Assembly (NCBI GenBank): GCA_963845185.1
Contig: CAWJRG010000001.1
Location: forward strand, 256,001 to 320,000
Direction of reading: 5' to 3'
DNA: 64,000 bases
DNA from: an uncultured bacterium
GTDB taxonomy: Bacteria > Oederibacteriota > PGYV01 > CAWJRG01
Positions within the stretch are counted from its first letter, which is position 1. Each line of letters starts with the position of its first letter. The position numbers were made by a program, and so were the translations under genes. The notes below the pieces were generated by a model. The model saw only the letters and a program-made list of their open reading frames with translations. It had not been told where the DNA came from and searched no databases. Positions 27,473-41,262 of the stretch are shown here, one piece after another.

Positions 27473-28501
27473 TTAAAATTTACCTATTACTGACAGATAT
27501 TGCAAAGGAGTTAATTCATTATTAACCCATGCGTAATCCAATCCGATAAAATACCATCTTAAACTCGCTCCTAGCGTCCATGTAGGTTGCTGCTGCAGCC
27601 CCTGAGATATTTCGCTATAACCCTGTAATCCGCCTCTAATTCCTATCATCCTGTTCCACCAGTACTCGGCTCCAACATGGTATATAAGCTGGTATTTTGT
27701 GTCAATATCAGCCGCAATGATAAACTCGCTTTTCATTTGTTTTAAAAAATCCATTGGCAGATTATACGCAAGCCCTGTCTTTACATTTATAGCAACCTGT
27801 TCCATTCCGCCTAGAAAGGCGTTGATGCCAGTGCCTACTGAACCCCAGTCCATTGCACTATATATATCCTGAAAATTTACGCCGAGCGATAATCCCTGTA
27901 ACCCACTTGAAAGCGTGGCCATATTCAGATAAAGCCCTGCGTCAACACCACCACCGCTGTAATTTACTGTAGACAGGCTATAGCCCGATGGAGCAGAAGC
28001 ATTTGCTATTGTCGCCGGATAATTTCCAAGCAACAGTTTACCCGATACTCCGATTGAAAAACCCTCAATAAGATTTCTTGCATATGAAACATAAATAGTG
28101 TTATCAGCATTTTCCTCCGTACCTAGAAGAGTGCCGCTACTATCCGTTATTTGTATGCCTCCAATTCCCTGCCTCAACCATGCCACGCCGAATGCGCCAA
28201 TATCATTACTTACGTTATAAACAAGATTAACGTAAGTATACTTGGTGTCAATCTGGTTATTGAAGCTCTGCGTCAATTTCACGTCCGATACTTCCACACC
28301 TTTAACATTCACGAGTCCCGCAGGGTTCCAGTATGAGGTAGAAGCATCGTCTGCCACAGCCGCAAACGCACCTCCCATGCCAAGCGCCCTCGCGCCAACG
28401 CCAATTGCCATCGATTCACCCGCATAGTCATCCGCATATAAACTGATTGCAAAAAACGTAAACACAACCGCCACTAAAACCATCTTCATCATTAACTTCA
28501 T
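27473..28501 (-). CDS. PorV/PorQ-like (FadL-type) outer-membrane barrel
   Basis: GARALGMGGAFAAVADDASTSYWNPAGL; C-terminal F. Confidence 0.75.
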   Translation of the reverse strand: MKLMMKMVLVAVVFTFFAISLYADDYAGESMAIGVGARALGMGGAFAAVADDASTSYWNPAGLVNVKGVEVSDVKLTQSFNNQIDTKYTYVNLVYNVSNDIGAFGVAWLRQGIGGIQITDSSGTLLGTEENADNTIYVSYARNLIEGFSIGVSGKLLLGNYPATIANASAPSGYSLSTVNYSGGGVDAGLYLNMATLSSGLQGLSLGVNFQDIYSAMDWGSVGTGINAFLGGMEQVAINVKTGLAYNLPMDFLKQMKSEFIIAADIDTKYQLIYHVGAEYWWNRMIGIRGGLQGYSEISQGLQQQPTWTLGASLRWYFIGLDYAWVNNELTPLQYLSVIGKF

Positions 28502-28524
28502 AATCTTCTTACCTCCTTCAAAAG

Positions 28525-29625
28525 TTATATTATTGCCGTTTCGTTTGACGCGTCAAAAAAATGCGCCTTGTTCATGTCAAATACCAGCTCGAGTTCCTGG
28601 TTTATGTCTATCTCCGCGTCGGAGTCCATCTTCGCTATGAACGGCGTCTTCCCTGTCGTCAAATACACCAGGTTTTCGCTTCCAAGCGGTTCCACTACCT
28701 CAACCGTTGCCACCACCGTATTGTCCGCGCTCGCGTTCGGAGCGTACACCTTGTCGTATATGTCTTCCGGCCTTATTCCCATTATTATCGGCTGCCCTGC
28801 CTTGCCCTTCAGCAGCGCTCCCATCGACTCCGGCACCTTTACCTCGAAATTCTCTTCGTTGAAAAATAATCCCCCTTTCTTTTCCTCCAGTATTCCGTCT
28901 ATGAAATTCATTGACGGGCTCCCTATAAATCCTGCACAGAATTTGTTCACTGGCTTATCATACAGTGTCTTCGGGTCCGCTATCTGCTGTATCTCTCCGT
29001 CCTTCATTACCACTATCTTCTCCCCCATTGTCATTGCTTCCACCTGGTCGTGCGTTACGTATATCATTGTCGCCTGCAGCCTCGTGTGCAGCTTTGAAAG
29101 CTCTGCCCTCATCTGCACCCTTAGTTTTGCGTCCAGGTTCGACAACGGCTCGTCAAACAAGAATACCTTCGGCTTCCTTACTATCGCCCTTCCTACCGCT
29201 ACCCTCTGTCTCTCTCCTCCGGACAGCTCTTTCGGCCTCCTCTTCAGCAGTTTCTGTATCCCGAGTATATCAGCCGCCTCGTCTACCCTCTGCTTTATCT
29301 CTGCCTTCGGGTATTTCCTAAGTTTTAACCCAAATGCCATATTTTCCTCTACTGTCATGTGCGGGTATAACGCGTAGTTCTGGAATACCATTGCTATATC
29401 CCTGTCTTTCGGCGGCACGTCATTTACCATCATGTCGTCTATAAATATCTCTCCTGCCGTGGCTTCCTCCAGTCCTGCCACCATCCTCAATGTCGTTGTC
29501 TTTCCGCATCCGGATGGCCCTACCAGTATTAAAAATTCTTTATCTTCGCATACTATATTTGCACCTTTTACTGCAAGTACGTTTCCGTATTTCTTCATTA
29601 CATTTTTCATTACTACTCTCGCCAT
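28525..29625 (-). CDS. Sugar ABC transporter ATPase (MalK/MsmX/UgpC type)
   Basis: GPSGCGKT, VFQNYALYPHM, FDEPLSNLDAKLR, TOBE domain. Confidence 0.92.
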   Translation of the reverse strand: MARVVMKNVMKKYGNVLAVKGANIVCEDKEFLILVGPSGCGKTTTLRMVAGLEEATAGEIFIDDMMVNDVPPKDRDIAMVFQNYALYPHMTVEENMAFGLKLRKYPKAEIKQRVDEAADILGIQKLLKRRPKELSGGERQRVAVGRAIVRKPKVFLFDEPLSNLDAKLRVQMRAELSKLHTRLQATMIYVTHDQVEAMTMGEKIVVMKDGEIQQIADPKTLYDKPVNKFCAGFIGSPSMNFIDGILEEKKGGLFFNEENFEVKVPESMGALLKGKAGQPIIMGIRPEDIYDKVYAPNASADNTVVATVEVVEPLGSENLVYLTTGKTPFIAKMDSDAEIDINQELELVFDMNKAHFFDASNETAII

Positions 29626-29641
29626 TTTGTCCTCCGCTATT

Positions 29642-30030
29642 TTACAAAATTTTTAAATATAATTCCCTGCTCCTGGGACCGTCAAATTCGCAAAAATAAA
29701 TTCCCTGCCATCTGCCGAGTACCATTTGCCCGCTTTTTATAAAAAAAACAATTCATTCCCAAATACCGATGATTTTATATGAGAATCCGCATTTCCTTCT
29801 CCGTGCGTATATCCGTCGCCTTCTGGTACGATTTCGCTAATTTTTCTCATTATATCATTTCTTACAGCAGGATCCGCGTTCTCATTTATAGTAAGTCCCG
29901 CAGTTGTATGCGGTACATATAAAAAAACCATGCCTTCTTTTATCTTTTCCGCAGCAACTAATTTACGCACTTCATCAGTTATTTCTATAAACTCCATTCT
30001 TTTCCTGGTGTTTATATTAATAACTTTCAT
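29642..30030 (-). pseudogene. yjbQ: YjbQ (UPF0047) family gene with homopolymer frameshift
   Basis: HTTAGLTINENADP..NADSHIKS then T8 tract (29741-29748); another frame continues [18 protein letters not shown] to a stop at 29642. Confidence 0.8.
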
Positions 30031-30971
30031 TTAAATTTTAATGTTAATCCTATTCTGTGCGTGCTGCCAAGAACGCCGTAATCTTGAAACGCGTAATCAA
30101 GTTCATAAATATCAAATTTTATACCTGCCCCTATTACAAATCCTGCCATAATTTGAGGCGTAGCTACGCCTTCTGTAACGTGATTCATATCAAACATACC
30201 CTGATATTGATAGCCTGTTCTAACAACAAGCAGGTCTCTGTACCAGTATTCAAAACCCGCAGCCAGAATCCCGTTTGTTTCAATTGGTTGAATATAGTCA
30301 AGCGTTAAAACCATATTGTAGAACCCCTTGTATGCCGCTCCTAGCTTAACCGTTACCGGTGGCAAAAAAGATTCTCCAAACCCAAATTTCGGCCCAAGAT
30401 TCTGCAGGCAAGCCCCAAATTGAAGTCCCGGTACTTCTTGAATTTTATATATACCTCCAATATCGGCAACAAAACCAAAAGAACCTTGGTTGGCAATGGT
30501 TTCATTAAAAAGTTTTATTGATATACCTAAAGACAATTGTTTATTGATCTGTGTGCCGTAGCCGAGATCTATGCCCAGATCTCCCGCAGAAAAAGCCGCT
30601 TGCGGATTGCCGTTAATATCCCATCCCGGAATGTCGCCGGAATTAACGTAAACGATTGCAAGTCCAAGCGTACCAATATCACCAAAAGGATATGCGCCGG
30701 CAAGGTAATCATAAAAAATACTCTGCAGCCATATACTATGCATAAATGTGGCTTCGAAGCTTGGAAGTAACGCAAGTCCAGCTGGATTCCAGAGAGTTGC
30801 GTTTACATCGTCGGCTAAAGCCGTAAAAGCGCCTCCCATTGCAATAGGTCTGGCACCCTCTTCCAGCTTTAAAAATGCCGCTGCTGTAGTTCCCTGATCG
30901 GCCAATACAGTAAGCCCTGATGACAATATTATTGCTACTGTAATAACGATCAAAACCACTTTTTTACCCAT
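30027..30971 (-). CDS. PorV/PorQ-like outer-membrane barrel
   Basis: AFLKLEEGARPIAMGGAF..WNPAGL..LGSTHRIGL. Confidence 0.8.
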   Translation of the reverse strand: MGKKVVLIVITVAIILSSGLTVLADQGTTAAAFLKLEEGARPIAMGGAFTALADDVNATLWNPAGLALLPSFEATFMHSIWLQSIFYDYLAGAYPFGDIGTLGLAIVYVNSGDIPGWDINGNPQAAFSAGDLGIDLGYGTQINKQLSLGISIKLFNETIANQGSFGFVADIGGIYKIQEVPGLQFGACLQNLGPKFGFGESFLPPVTVKLGAAYKGFYNMVLTLDYIQPIETNGILAAGFEYWYRDLLVVRTGYQYQGMFDMNHVTEGVATPQIMAGFVIGAGIKFDIYELDYAFQDYGVLGSTHRIGLTLKFK

Positions 30972-31183
30972 AAAAACACTTCCTCTCGGTATTTTTTAAA
31001 ATATTAGCATTTCTTTTTATAAGTGTCAAGTTTAAACTATTCATAGTTAAACCTTACTTTACTTCTTAATCTTTTTAGACAAATTATAAAATCAAAAGTT
31101 CCGTTTATTTTATAGTATATTTATATAGTACCATCAACGGCGTCCACGTTATGAAACATTTGTGCTAAAAACTTACATTTTCT

Positions 31184-34159
31184 CTATTTTATAGCGGCAT
31201 TGCCCTTATAAATAACTTTGCCACCACGTTTTATTATATACAAATATAGGCCGCTGCTGACTTGGCTCTTGCCTGTATTTGTCCTCCCGTCCCAACAACA
31301 GGAATAACCGTTATCATCCCAATTCATGGGTATCTTTTTTATCAACTCAGCCGCAATATTATAGATATACATATACATTAATGTGTTTGATGGCTGTTCG
31401 CCCAAAACCGTGACACAAAAATTCTCTCCTTTTTCCGGATGAAATAAGTTATTTTTTATTATCACTTTAACGCCTGCAGGCGTGGCAGTTGGCACTGGAG
31501 TATTCATATAAAATCCCATGTTTTCAACAGCTACACATGCGCTTGCATGAACAGTGCTTGATGGCTGGAAAGAAATTGCTAGTATATTTTGCCTGGTGAA
31601 AGGCGTTCCGGTTATTCCCCACGAAGCTTGGGTCATATTCGCGAACGGGAACATGTAATAAGCCCAAAAGGTGTTTGAATTAAAGTCCATTCCATAGTAA
31701 TCATAATTTGGAATATTGTTCTGATTTAAAAACACCCTTGCCTGCAATCCGTCACCTTTATATAAAAACATTATGCCATCATAACTGCTTACATCCGTCG
31801 GCGACCATGAAGGACTCAATGGCGCGCTCAACCCAAATCCCCATGCGCCTGAATTCGAAGACACAGTACCGGTAACTATTGCGTAATAACACATTGAGCC
31901 ATTTACGTTTCCATATGCCTTTGCGTTAAAGGGGTTTGGCGACCACACGCTTCCCAGCGTGTCGCCGTAACTGTCCCATATCCCTCCCCAAAGATCTATA
32001 GTGCTGGCGTTTCCGCAGTCATCTACCATATCGCCCCCGTAAGCGATCGGGGTTGGAGTTAAAGTTGCCGTTGGCCCTGGCGTAGGAGTATTCGACGGCG
32101 TAAACGTCGGCTGAGTTGAATCGTACATAGTTATTATCGCAATATTGTAAGGCGCCACCGAATAATTAAAATTCGATGACGCGTTATTTATCTGCGTTTC
32201 CATTGGCAGTAAATCCGGGTCAGCGTGTGATTGCTGAGTTGCGGCTACCCATGAATATTGCTGCGGCGAATATGTTGTTACATCGGCAGACGAAAGTGGC
32301 GTGAAACCCGCAATAGCAATATTGGAACTCATGGTATTTGTGGAGCTCGTGTTTACGAGAATCACCGATAATTTCCTATCCCCCCTTTTATTTGCATAAA
32401 CATTAAGGCTTGTATTGTTTGATGTAGCGCTCACAAGAGTATTGCCGAGGGCTTCTGCAGCTGAAAATTTATTGCTCAGCATCCAAAGCGCCCAGTATGA
32501 CGAACGCGGCTGGTACTTAAAAGCTGCATTATTGCCGGTAAGCCCGCCTCCCTCAATGCAGCCAAAATCAGAATATATTGACTTGTCAAATTCTCCAGGC
32601 CCAGGTGTGCCAAAATCCTGGAAAAGGCAGCTAAAGCTGCCGCCGTTTTTTAAATAATCCAATATATAAGAAGAAATAAACAAACTATTAGAAAAATGAT
32701 TTGTAAACCCGCTGTCTATGCCGTCATTATATTCCGTTAGCCATATTGGCACGCTCTGTCCCGGGCAATAAGTGCTTATCCAGGTTGTCAAAGGCGTCAA
32801 TCCTGTATCCCAGAAATTAGATTGCGCCAGAACTGTAGCTTCGCTTGCAGGCTCAAAAGTTGGATATTTGTGGATAGAAATACCTTGTAAAGACGATAAC
32901 CTGCCCTGTGTCTGCAGATAATTAAAAAAGTCTTGTATATAATAGTTATAAGCATTTGGCGGGCAACTAGCATTCAATGTAACATTTTCCGGGTCTGAAA
33001 CGCTGTTAAATTGGGGTATTACCGTTATGGTTATGCCGTTGGCATTTGCAACAGCGGTCATTGCATCAAAAAACGCAAGAAAGCGCCTCGCGTACATCTG
33101 CGCATTTACAGGCCCGCCAGCTTCCCAGTCACCCCAATTTTCATTCCCTATCTCCCAGTACTTTATATTATATCCTTTGATGACATCAGCGTAATAAACC
33201 CAGTCAGCAGCTTCCTGTGTTGTACCTGTAAAAAAATTAATTGTTATAAGCGGCTCCGCGGGTGGTGTCATAGACTTGCAGATACTCATGAACTGCTCAA
33301 AATCCATGCCGCCAGAGTAATAGTATTTGTCGCCAAGAGCCACGGAAGATGAAACCGACGCTGTCTGCGCAACAGTTGTTACATTTGTGCTTATTTGTGT
33401 TGAACCGTTAAAAAGTGTTATCTCTTTAATAGCATATTGATTTGTTGCTACTGAAGAATTCAGGCAAAGCACCCTTATATACTCCGCGGTTACAGTATTA
33501 AAACTCATATCAGCGTGCCCGGTGGTGTTGGTTATTCCAAGCGAAGTGTCTGTCCATGCAGTATCGTTATATGCCCATTCTCCCATGCCGTTCCAGCAAC
33601 TGGAGGTTGCGTACTGAACTTTATACTGGCTAGCGTAAGTATTGCTGTCCCAGTCAATCACTATTCTGTTTATTGTTTGGTTCGACGATAGATCAAGGTA
33701 AATCCACTGCGGGGTTGTTTCGTTCGGGTAACTTAGCCATTCAGTAGTAAGGTCTCCGTCAGTAACCATGGCTGGATGTCCATAGCCAGCTGAAGTCGAG
33801 CCTCTGTGTATGGAAAGATCTATAAATCCCGGAGAGAATGTTGTTGGAATAGGGCTGCCGGTAACCGTCCATATTGAATTCGAATCGTACGAGCCATTGC
33901 CGTTCCAGTGGTATTCGTTTGAATTGCTACCGCCCGGGAACCGCAATATTTTAAATCCAGCTGCCTGGAACTGCCATGTGTTTGTACTTAACGTAAAGTA
34001 AGAGTCGTATTCTGCTGAATTCAATCCAAAAGCCTGGTACGGCAAAAACGGACGCGAGTTACCATTTATGGTGGCGTCAACAGAAACAGTTACATTATCC
34101 GAATAAGCAGATATAAAAAATATAAAGATAATTATAGCCAACATTGATATTTTTTTCAT
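31184..34159 (-). CDS. Secreted clan GH-A glycoside hydrolase with discoidin (F5/8) insert, PT linker, CBM11-like module and FlgD-Ig-like C-terminal domain
   Basis: LRFPGGS, YWEIGNE, WLTEYN catalytic motifs; TPTPGPTATLTPTP linker; WDGRT..SSGLYLY tail. Confidence 0.7.
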   Translation of the reverse strand: MKKISMLAIIIFIFFISAYSDNVTVSVDATINGNSRPFLPYQAFGLNSAEYDSYFTLSTNTWQFQAAGFKILRFPGGSNSNEYHWNGNGSYDSNSIWTVTGSPIPTTFSPGFIDLSIHRGSTSAGYGHPAMVTDGDLTTEWLSYPNETTPQWIYLDLSSNQTINRIVIDWDSNTYASQYKVQYATSSCWNGMGEWAYNDTAWTDTSLGITNTTGHADMSFNTVTAEYIRVLCLNSSVATNQYAIKEITLFNGSTQISTNVTTVAQTASVSSSVALGDKYYYSGGMDFEQFMSICKSMTPPAEPLITINFFTGTTQEAADWVYYADVIKGYNIKYWEIGNENWGDWEAGGPVNAQMYARRFLAFFDAMTAVANANGITITVIPQFNSVSDPENVTLNASCPPNAYNYYIQDFFNYLQTQGRLSSLQGISIHKYPTFEPASEATVLAQSNFWDTGLTPLTTWISTYCPGQSVPIWLTEYNDGIDSGFTNHFSNSLFISSYILDYLKNGGSFSCLFQDFGTPGPGEFDKSIYSDFGCIEGGGLTGNNAAFKYQPRSSYWALWMLSNKFSAAEALGNTLVSATSNNTSLNVYANKRGDRKLSVILVNTSSTNTMSSNIAIAGFTPLSSADVTTYSPQQYSWVAATQQSHADPDLLPMETQINNASSNFNYSVAPYNIAIITMYDSTQPTFTPSNTPTPGPTATLTPTPIAYGGDMVDDCGNASTIDLWGGIWDSYGDTLGSVWSPNPFNAKAYGNVNGSMCYYAIVTGTVSSNSGAWGFGLSAPLSPSWSPTDVSSYDGIMFLYKGDGLQARVFLNQNNIPNYDYYGMDFNSNTFWAYYMFPFANMTQASWGITGTPFTRQNILAISFQPSSTVHASACVAVENMGFYMNTPVPTATPAGVKVIIKNNLFHPEKGENFCVTVLGEQPSNTLMYMYIYNIAAELIKKIPMNWDDNGYSCCWDGRTNTGKSQVSSGLYLYIIKRGGKVIYKGNAAIK

Positions 34160-34276
34160 TTAATTGCCTCCGTTTTTAGATGATTCCTGATTTTCCACAA
34201 TGATTTATTTGCTATTTATAATGCATTCCCGTTGAAAAGGTTGCAATTTTATCAATTAATGATGAGATTATTACTG

Positions 34277-34705
34277 TCAGCCTCTGCGTTTTTTCTGAAG
34301 CAGCTCTATCGCCTTCATTCTTGCCAGTTCTTTCATGAGACTTATCTGTATTTTATCGAAATCAACATCCTTTGCGCTCTTGCCCTTAAGCAGTCTTTCT
34401 TTTTCATCAAGTTTTCTTTTTGCCCTCTCGGCATCTATTTCCTCTGACCTTTCCGCTGTTTCAACCAGGAGTACCACTTTACTGCTGTCTACTTCCACAT
34501 AACCACCGCTTATGGCAATTATTTCCTCTGCTCCGGAATTGTTTATTATCGTTATTATGCCTGCCTTTAACACCGTGGCAAAAGGCGCGTGACCTGGCAG
34601 AACGCCGAATTCGCCTTCAATACCCGGAGCCATTATCTCTTTTATATCGCCCTGAAAAGCAATTTTTTCCGGCGTCACTATGTCTATATGCATTATCTTT
34701 TCCAT
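34277..34705 (-). CDS. atpC: ATP synthase F1 epsilon
   Basis: DIVTPE..GEFGVLPGHAP; operon position. Confidence 0.95.
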   Translation of the reverse strand: MEKIMHIDIVTPEKIAFQGDIKEIMAPGIEGEFGVLPGHAPFATVLKAGIITIINNSGAEEIIAISGGYVEVDSSKVVLLVETAERSEEIDAERAKRKLDEKERLLKGKSAKDVDFDKIQISLMKELARMKAIELLQKKRRG

Positions 34706-34753
34706 TCTTACCTCTTCATTGATAATTGAAAATTGTCAATTGATAATTTCCGA

Positions 34754-36181
<1,428 letters not shown>

Positions 36182-37036
36182 TTATTTAAGAGCTTCAGCT
36201 CCGCTTACTATCTCAAGTATTTCTTTTGTTATGGCAGCCTGCCTTGTTTTATTGGCAAGCAAAGTAAGTGAATCTATCATATCTGATGCGTTGTTGGTCG
36301 CCATGTCCATTGCAACCATCCTCACGCCGTGCTCGGATGCCTGCGTTTCCAGCACTCCGCGGTATAAAACGGTTTTTATGTATCTCGTCAAAAGGTTCGA
36401 GAGCACGGTTTCCTCGCCTGGCTCGTATAAAAAATCCCTCACCATGCCGATTTCACTTTTTTTCTGCTCAAATACTATTGGCAAAAGCTGTTTTTTCACT
36501 ACTTTCTGCTGGAGCGAAGTCTTAAACTCGCTGAAAATCACTTCTGCACTTTTGTATTTGCCTGCTGTAAAATTTTTTATTAAAAGTTCTGCCGCCTCGT
36601 CTATGTCATCCCACTGTATCTTGTTGTCGTTGAATTTAAAAATTTCTATTTCTTTCCCGAACTTTTTCACGGAATCAAGCCCTTTTTTACCTATGATAAA
36701 AAAATTAATGTCCGGATTTTCCTTTAGTTTTATCACTGCTTCCTTTACCAGGTTAATGTTAAAACTTCCACACAGGCCTTTGTCCGAAGTTATTAAAAAT
36801 ATGGCTTCTTTTTTCACTCCGGGATTTTTCTTTAAGAGCAAATACTTTTTTTCGTCTGCCCTCCCTATCAAATCAGCTATGACTTCTTCTATCTTAGCCG
36901 AATAAGGCCTTGCAGACAAAATCTTGTCCTGCGCTTTTTTCAGCTTGGCAGCCGCCACCATTTTCATGGCTTTAGTAATTTGTTTTATATTTTGCGCGCT
37001 CTTTATTCTTTTCCGCACTGCCCTTAATGTTGCCAT
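36182..37036 (-). CDS. atpG: ATP synthase F1 gamma
   Basis: ITKAMKMVAAAK, SDKGLCGSFN, RQAAITKEI. Confidence 0.97.
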   Translation of the reverse strand: MATLRAVRKRIKSAQNIKQITKAMKMVAAAKLKKAQDKILSARPYSAKIEEVIADLIGRADEKKYLLLKKNPGVKKEAIFLITSDKGLCGSFNINLVKEAVIKLKENPDINFFIIGKKGLDSVKKFGKEIEIFKFNDNKIQWDDIDEAAELLIKNFTAGKYKSAEVIFSEFKTSLQQKVVKKQLLPIVFEQKKSEIGMVRDFLYEPGEETVLSNLLTRYIKTVLYRGVLETQASEHGVRMVAMDMATNNASDMIDSLTLLANKTRQAAITKEILEIVSGAEALK

Positions 37037-37090
37037 TTTTCTCCTAAAATATTTGGGTGCAGGATTTCATCATCGTCTCCGGCTACCCGT

Positions 37091-38709
<1,619 letters not shown>

Positions 38710-38712
38710 TAA

Positions 38713-39348
38713 TTATTTTTTCTTTTTCTTTGCTTTTTTAACAGTCTTTTTTGCCGATTTTGCCTTTGCGGCCTTTTTTGCAGTCGGCCTTCTCGCCGGT
38801 TTTACTGCTTTTACTTCGTATAATTTCGTTTTCAGCGACTGTAAAAACTGTTTTAAGCTGCCGTCTATAAGGTTGAACCTGTCCCTTATTATAATGCCTC
38901 CCAGTATGTCAGGGTTAACTTCGGTTTTTACTTTCAAAGTACTGTGCATTTTTTTCTCAAGTTCTTTTATAAGCCTGTCCCTGTCTAGCGTGCTCAAAGG
39001 ATAAGCTGTCTCCATTGTTATTTTCCTTATCCCAGCGTCCTCGTCAGCCATTTCAGCGAATATATCGCATATATCATAGAATATCTTCTCCCGTTTTTTA
39101 TCCACTACAAGGCACAAAAAATCAAATGAAAGCTTTGATATATCTTTCGAAAATATTTTTTTCAAAATATCCTTTTTTTCATCCCTGTTTATGCCCGGAT
39201 GGTAAAAAACATCCTGAACGTTAACGTTGTTTTTCATGAAAATCTCTATTGCCTTCAGGTCTTCTTTTACAACCTGCAGACTGTTTTGCTCTTTTGCAGC
39301 CTGAAACAGCGCCTCCGCGTATTTTGACGGGAGTACCAGGTTTCCCAT
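38713..39348 (-). CDS. atpH: ATP synthase F1 delta with Lys/Ala-rich tail
   Basis: YAEALF, ILGGIII..IDGSL; operon position. Confidence 0.92.
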   Translation of the reverse strand: MGNLVLPSKYAEALFQAAKEQNSLQVVKEDLKAIEIFMKNNVNVQDVFYHPGINRDEKKDILKKIFSKDISKLSFDFLCLVVDKKREKIFYDICDIFAEMADEDAGIRKITMETAYPLSTLDRDRLIKELEKKMHSTLKVKTEVNPDILGGIIIRDRFNLIDGSLKQFLQSLKTKLYEVKAVKPARRPTAKKAAKAKSAKKTVKKAKKKKK

Positions 39349-39350
39349 TT

Positions 39351-39842
39351 TTAATTCACCCTTTTCTCAATATCTTTTAAATAATTTTTGATTATCCCCA
39401 TCTGTTCCTTGCTTCCCACTTTTTTCTTTATGACCTTTTCAGCGACCATTATGGAAAGTTCCGCTATCTTATCCTTAACGCTTCCTATTGCCCGTATTTT
39501 CTCCGCCTCTATCTCGCGTTTTGCCTCGTCGATTAATTTCGCGCCTTCCTTATGCGCTTCTTCAGTCATCTGCGACTTGATTTTGTCGCCTTCGGCCACC
39601 GCTTTCTCGAGCGCGCTGCTTGATTTTTGCTCTATTTCTTTAAGGCTTTTTTCGTATTCCAGCTTCATTTTCTCAATGTCGGCTTTGTCTTTCTCGATTT
39701 TGTCAATTGATTCCCTGATAAAATCGTCTCTTTTCTTTAAGGTTCTGGAAAGCGCCTTTATAAAAAGAATCCATACCAGTGGCATTGCGATTAAAAAAGT
39801 AATTATCTGCGTTAAAAATACCGGCCAGTTTATCTCTACCAT
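39351..39842 (-). CDS. atpF: ATP synthase F0 b
   Basis: N-terminal TM then long coiled coil; operon position. Confidence 0.9.
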   Translation of the reverse strand: MVEINWPVFLTQIITFLIAMPLVWILFIKALSRTLKKRDDFIRESIDKIEKDKADIEKMKLEYEKSLKEIEQKSSSALEKAVAEGDKIKSQMTEEAHKEGAKLIDEAKREIEAEKIRAIGSVKDKIAELSIMVAEKVIKKKVGSKEQMGIIKNYLKDIEKRVN

Positions 39843-39914
39843 AGTAAACCTCCAAAATTCAAGTTTGCGTAAGTTGTTTCCATGAGTCCAAGCGGAGCTT
39901 TCGCCCCGCGTTTT

Positions 39915-40319
<405 letters not shown>

Positions 40320-40349
40320 TTATATTTTATTTTAATTCCCTGTTTTTAT

Positions 40350-41147
40350 TTACCGCGCATGCTCTTTGCTGTGTTCATCCTCTCCATGATGAGCCGCCAC
40401 TGCGCCTGCAAGGTATATTGATGTCAGCAGAGCAAAAACGCCTGCCTGAATAATACTTACTAGTGTTCCTAACACTATAATAAGCGGCCTTAAAAGGAAA
40501 GCAAAACCACCTATTAGTCCGGCAATTACTCTTTTCAGAATTTCCTGGTTACTCAAGTCAGGCCAGAACATTAAAACCAACAACACAAGCACGCCTAATA
40601 GAATTTCTTTTGCAATTAGATTTCCGAAAAGCCTGAAAGACAGTGACAATGGTCTGGATATGTCTGAAAGCATTTCAACAAAAAACATAAAAGGCTTTAA
40701 AGGCCCTGGTATACCCGGCCCTCCTGTAAAGTGCGCAAAAAATTTAATAGGCCCTACTTCAATAATGCCTGAAATCCAATACCAAAAAAATACCATTAAT
40801 GCGAGCGCTACAGTAACGGACAGGCTTGACGTTGGCGATGTAAGACCAGGTACAAGCCCAATAAAATTGCCTATTAAAATATAGAAAAAAATCATTACTA
40901 TAAGTCCATAATATTTTGGCGCTTTCTCCCCTATTATGGAGTCCGCGGTATCAGTGATATATTTGACCGTCCATTCCACAAGGTTCTGGGCTTTTTTGGG
41001 TTTCATTTTTGGATTTACTGACCCTAACGCGAATATAATAAAAATAATAAGATAGTCAAGCAGCATCATTAGTAGTATTGTAAAATAATGGTCATCAAGT
41101 CCAGGTATAAATGATTTGAATTCTATGGCTTCTTTTATTCCAGTCAT
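40350..41147 (-). CDS. atpB: ATP synthase F0 a
   Basis: RPLSLSFRLFGN, IQAGVFALLTSIY. Confidence 0.95.
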   Translation of the reverse strand: MTGIKEAIEFKSFIPGLDDHYFTILLMMLLDYLIIFIIFALGSVNPKMKPKKAQNLVEWTVKYITDTADSIIGEKAPKYYGLIVMIFFYILIGNFIGLVPGLTSPTSSLSVTVALALMVFFWYWISGIIEVGPIKFFAHFTGGPGIPGPLKPFMFFVEMLSDISRPLSLSFRLFGNLIAKEILLGVLVLLVLMFWPDLSNQEILKRVIAGLIGGFAFLLRPLIIVLGTLVSIIQAGVFALLTSIYLAGAVAAHHGEDEHSKEHAR

Positions 41148-41161
41148 TACTTTGTCTCCTT

Positions 41162-41262
41162 AGAATCCGTTGATTTTGCCTAGTGTCAACAGCAAAGGCA
41201 AAATCTTACGGAATCTTGCACCCAATCCAGTCCGAGGCTACTAATCCGAGGACGAGCGGTGC
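41162..41262 (-). promoter_or_regulatory. Shared two-hairpin leader motif upstream of atpB (overlaps the end of atpI)
   Basis: GCACCG-CTC-GTCC..GGAC-TGGAT-TGGGTGC then CCGT-AA-GATTTTG..CTGTTGAC..CAAAATC-A-ACGG then AAGGAG. Confidence 0.6.

Noticed and set aside
28561..29377. Several long plus-strand ORFs over malK
   Set aside because: Antisense shadows caused by biased codon usage of the real gene
37054..37089. Hairpin between atpA and atpG containing GATGA and GAAA, hammerhead-like
   Set aside because: Lacks the CUGANGA core and three-stem junction; does not fit the shared leader motif either
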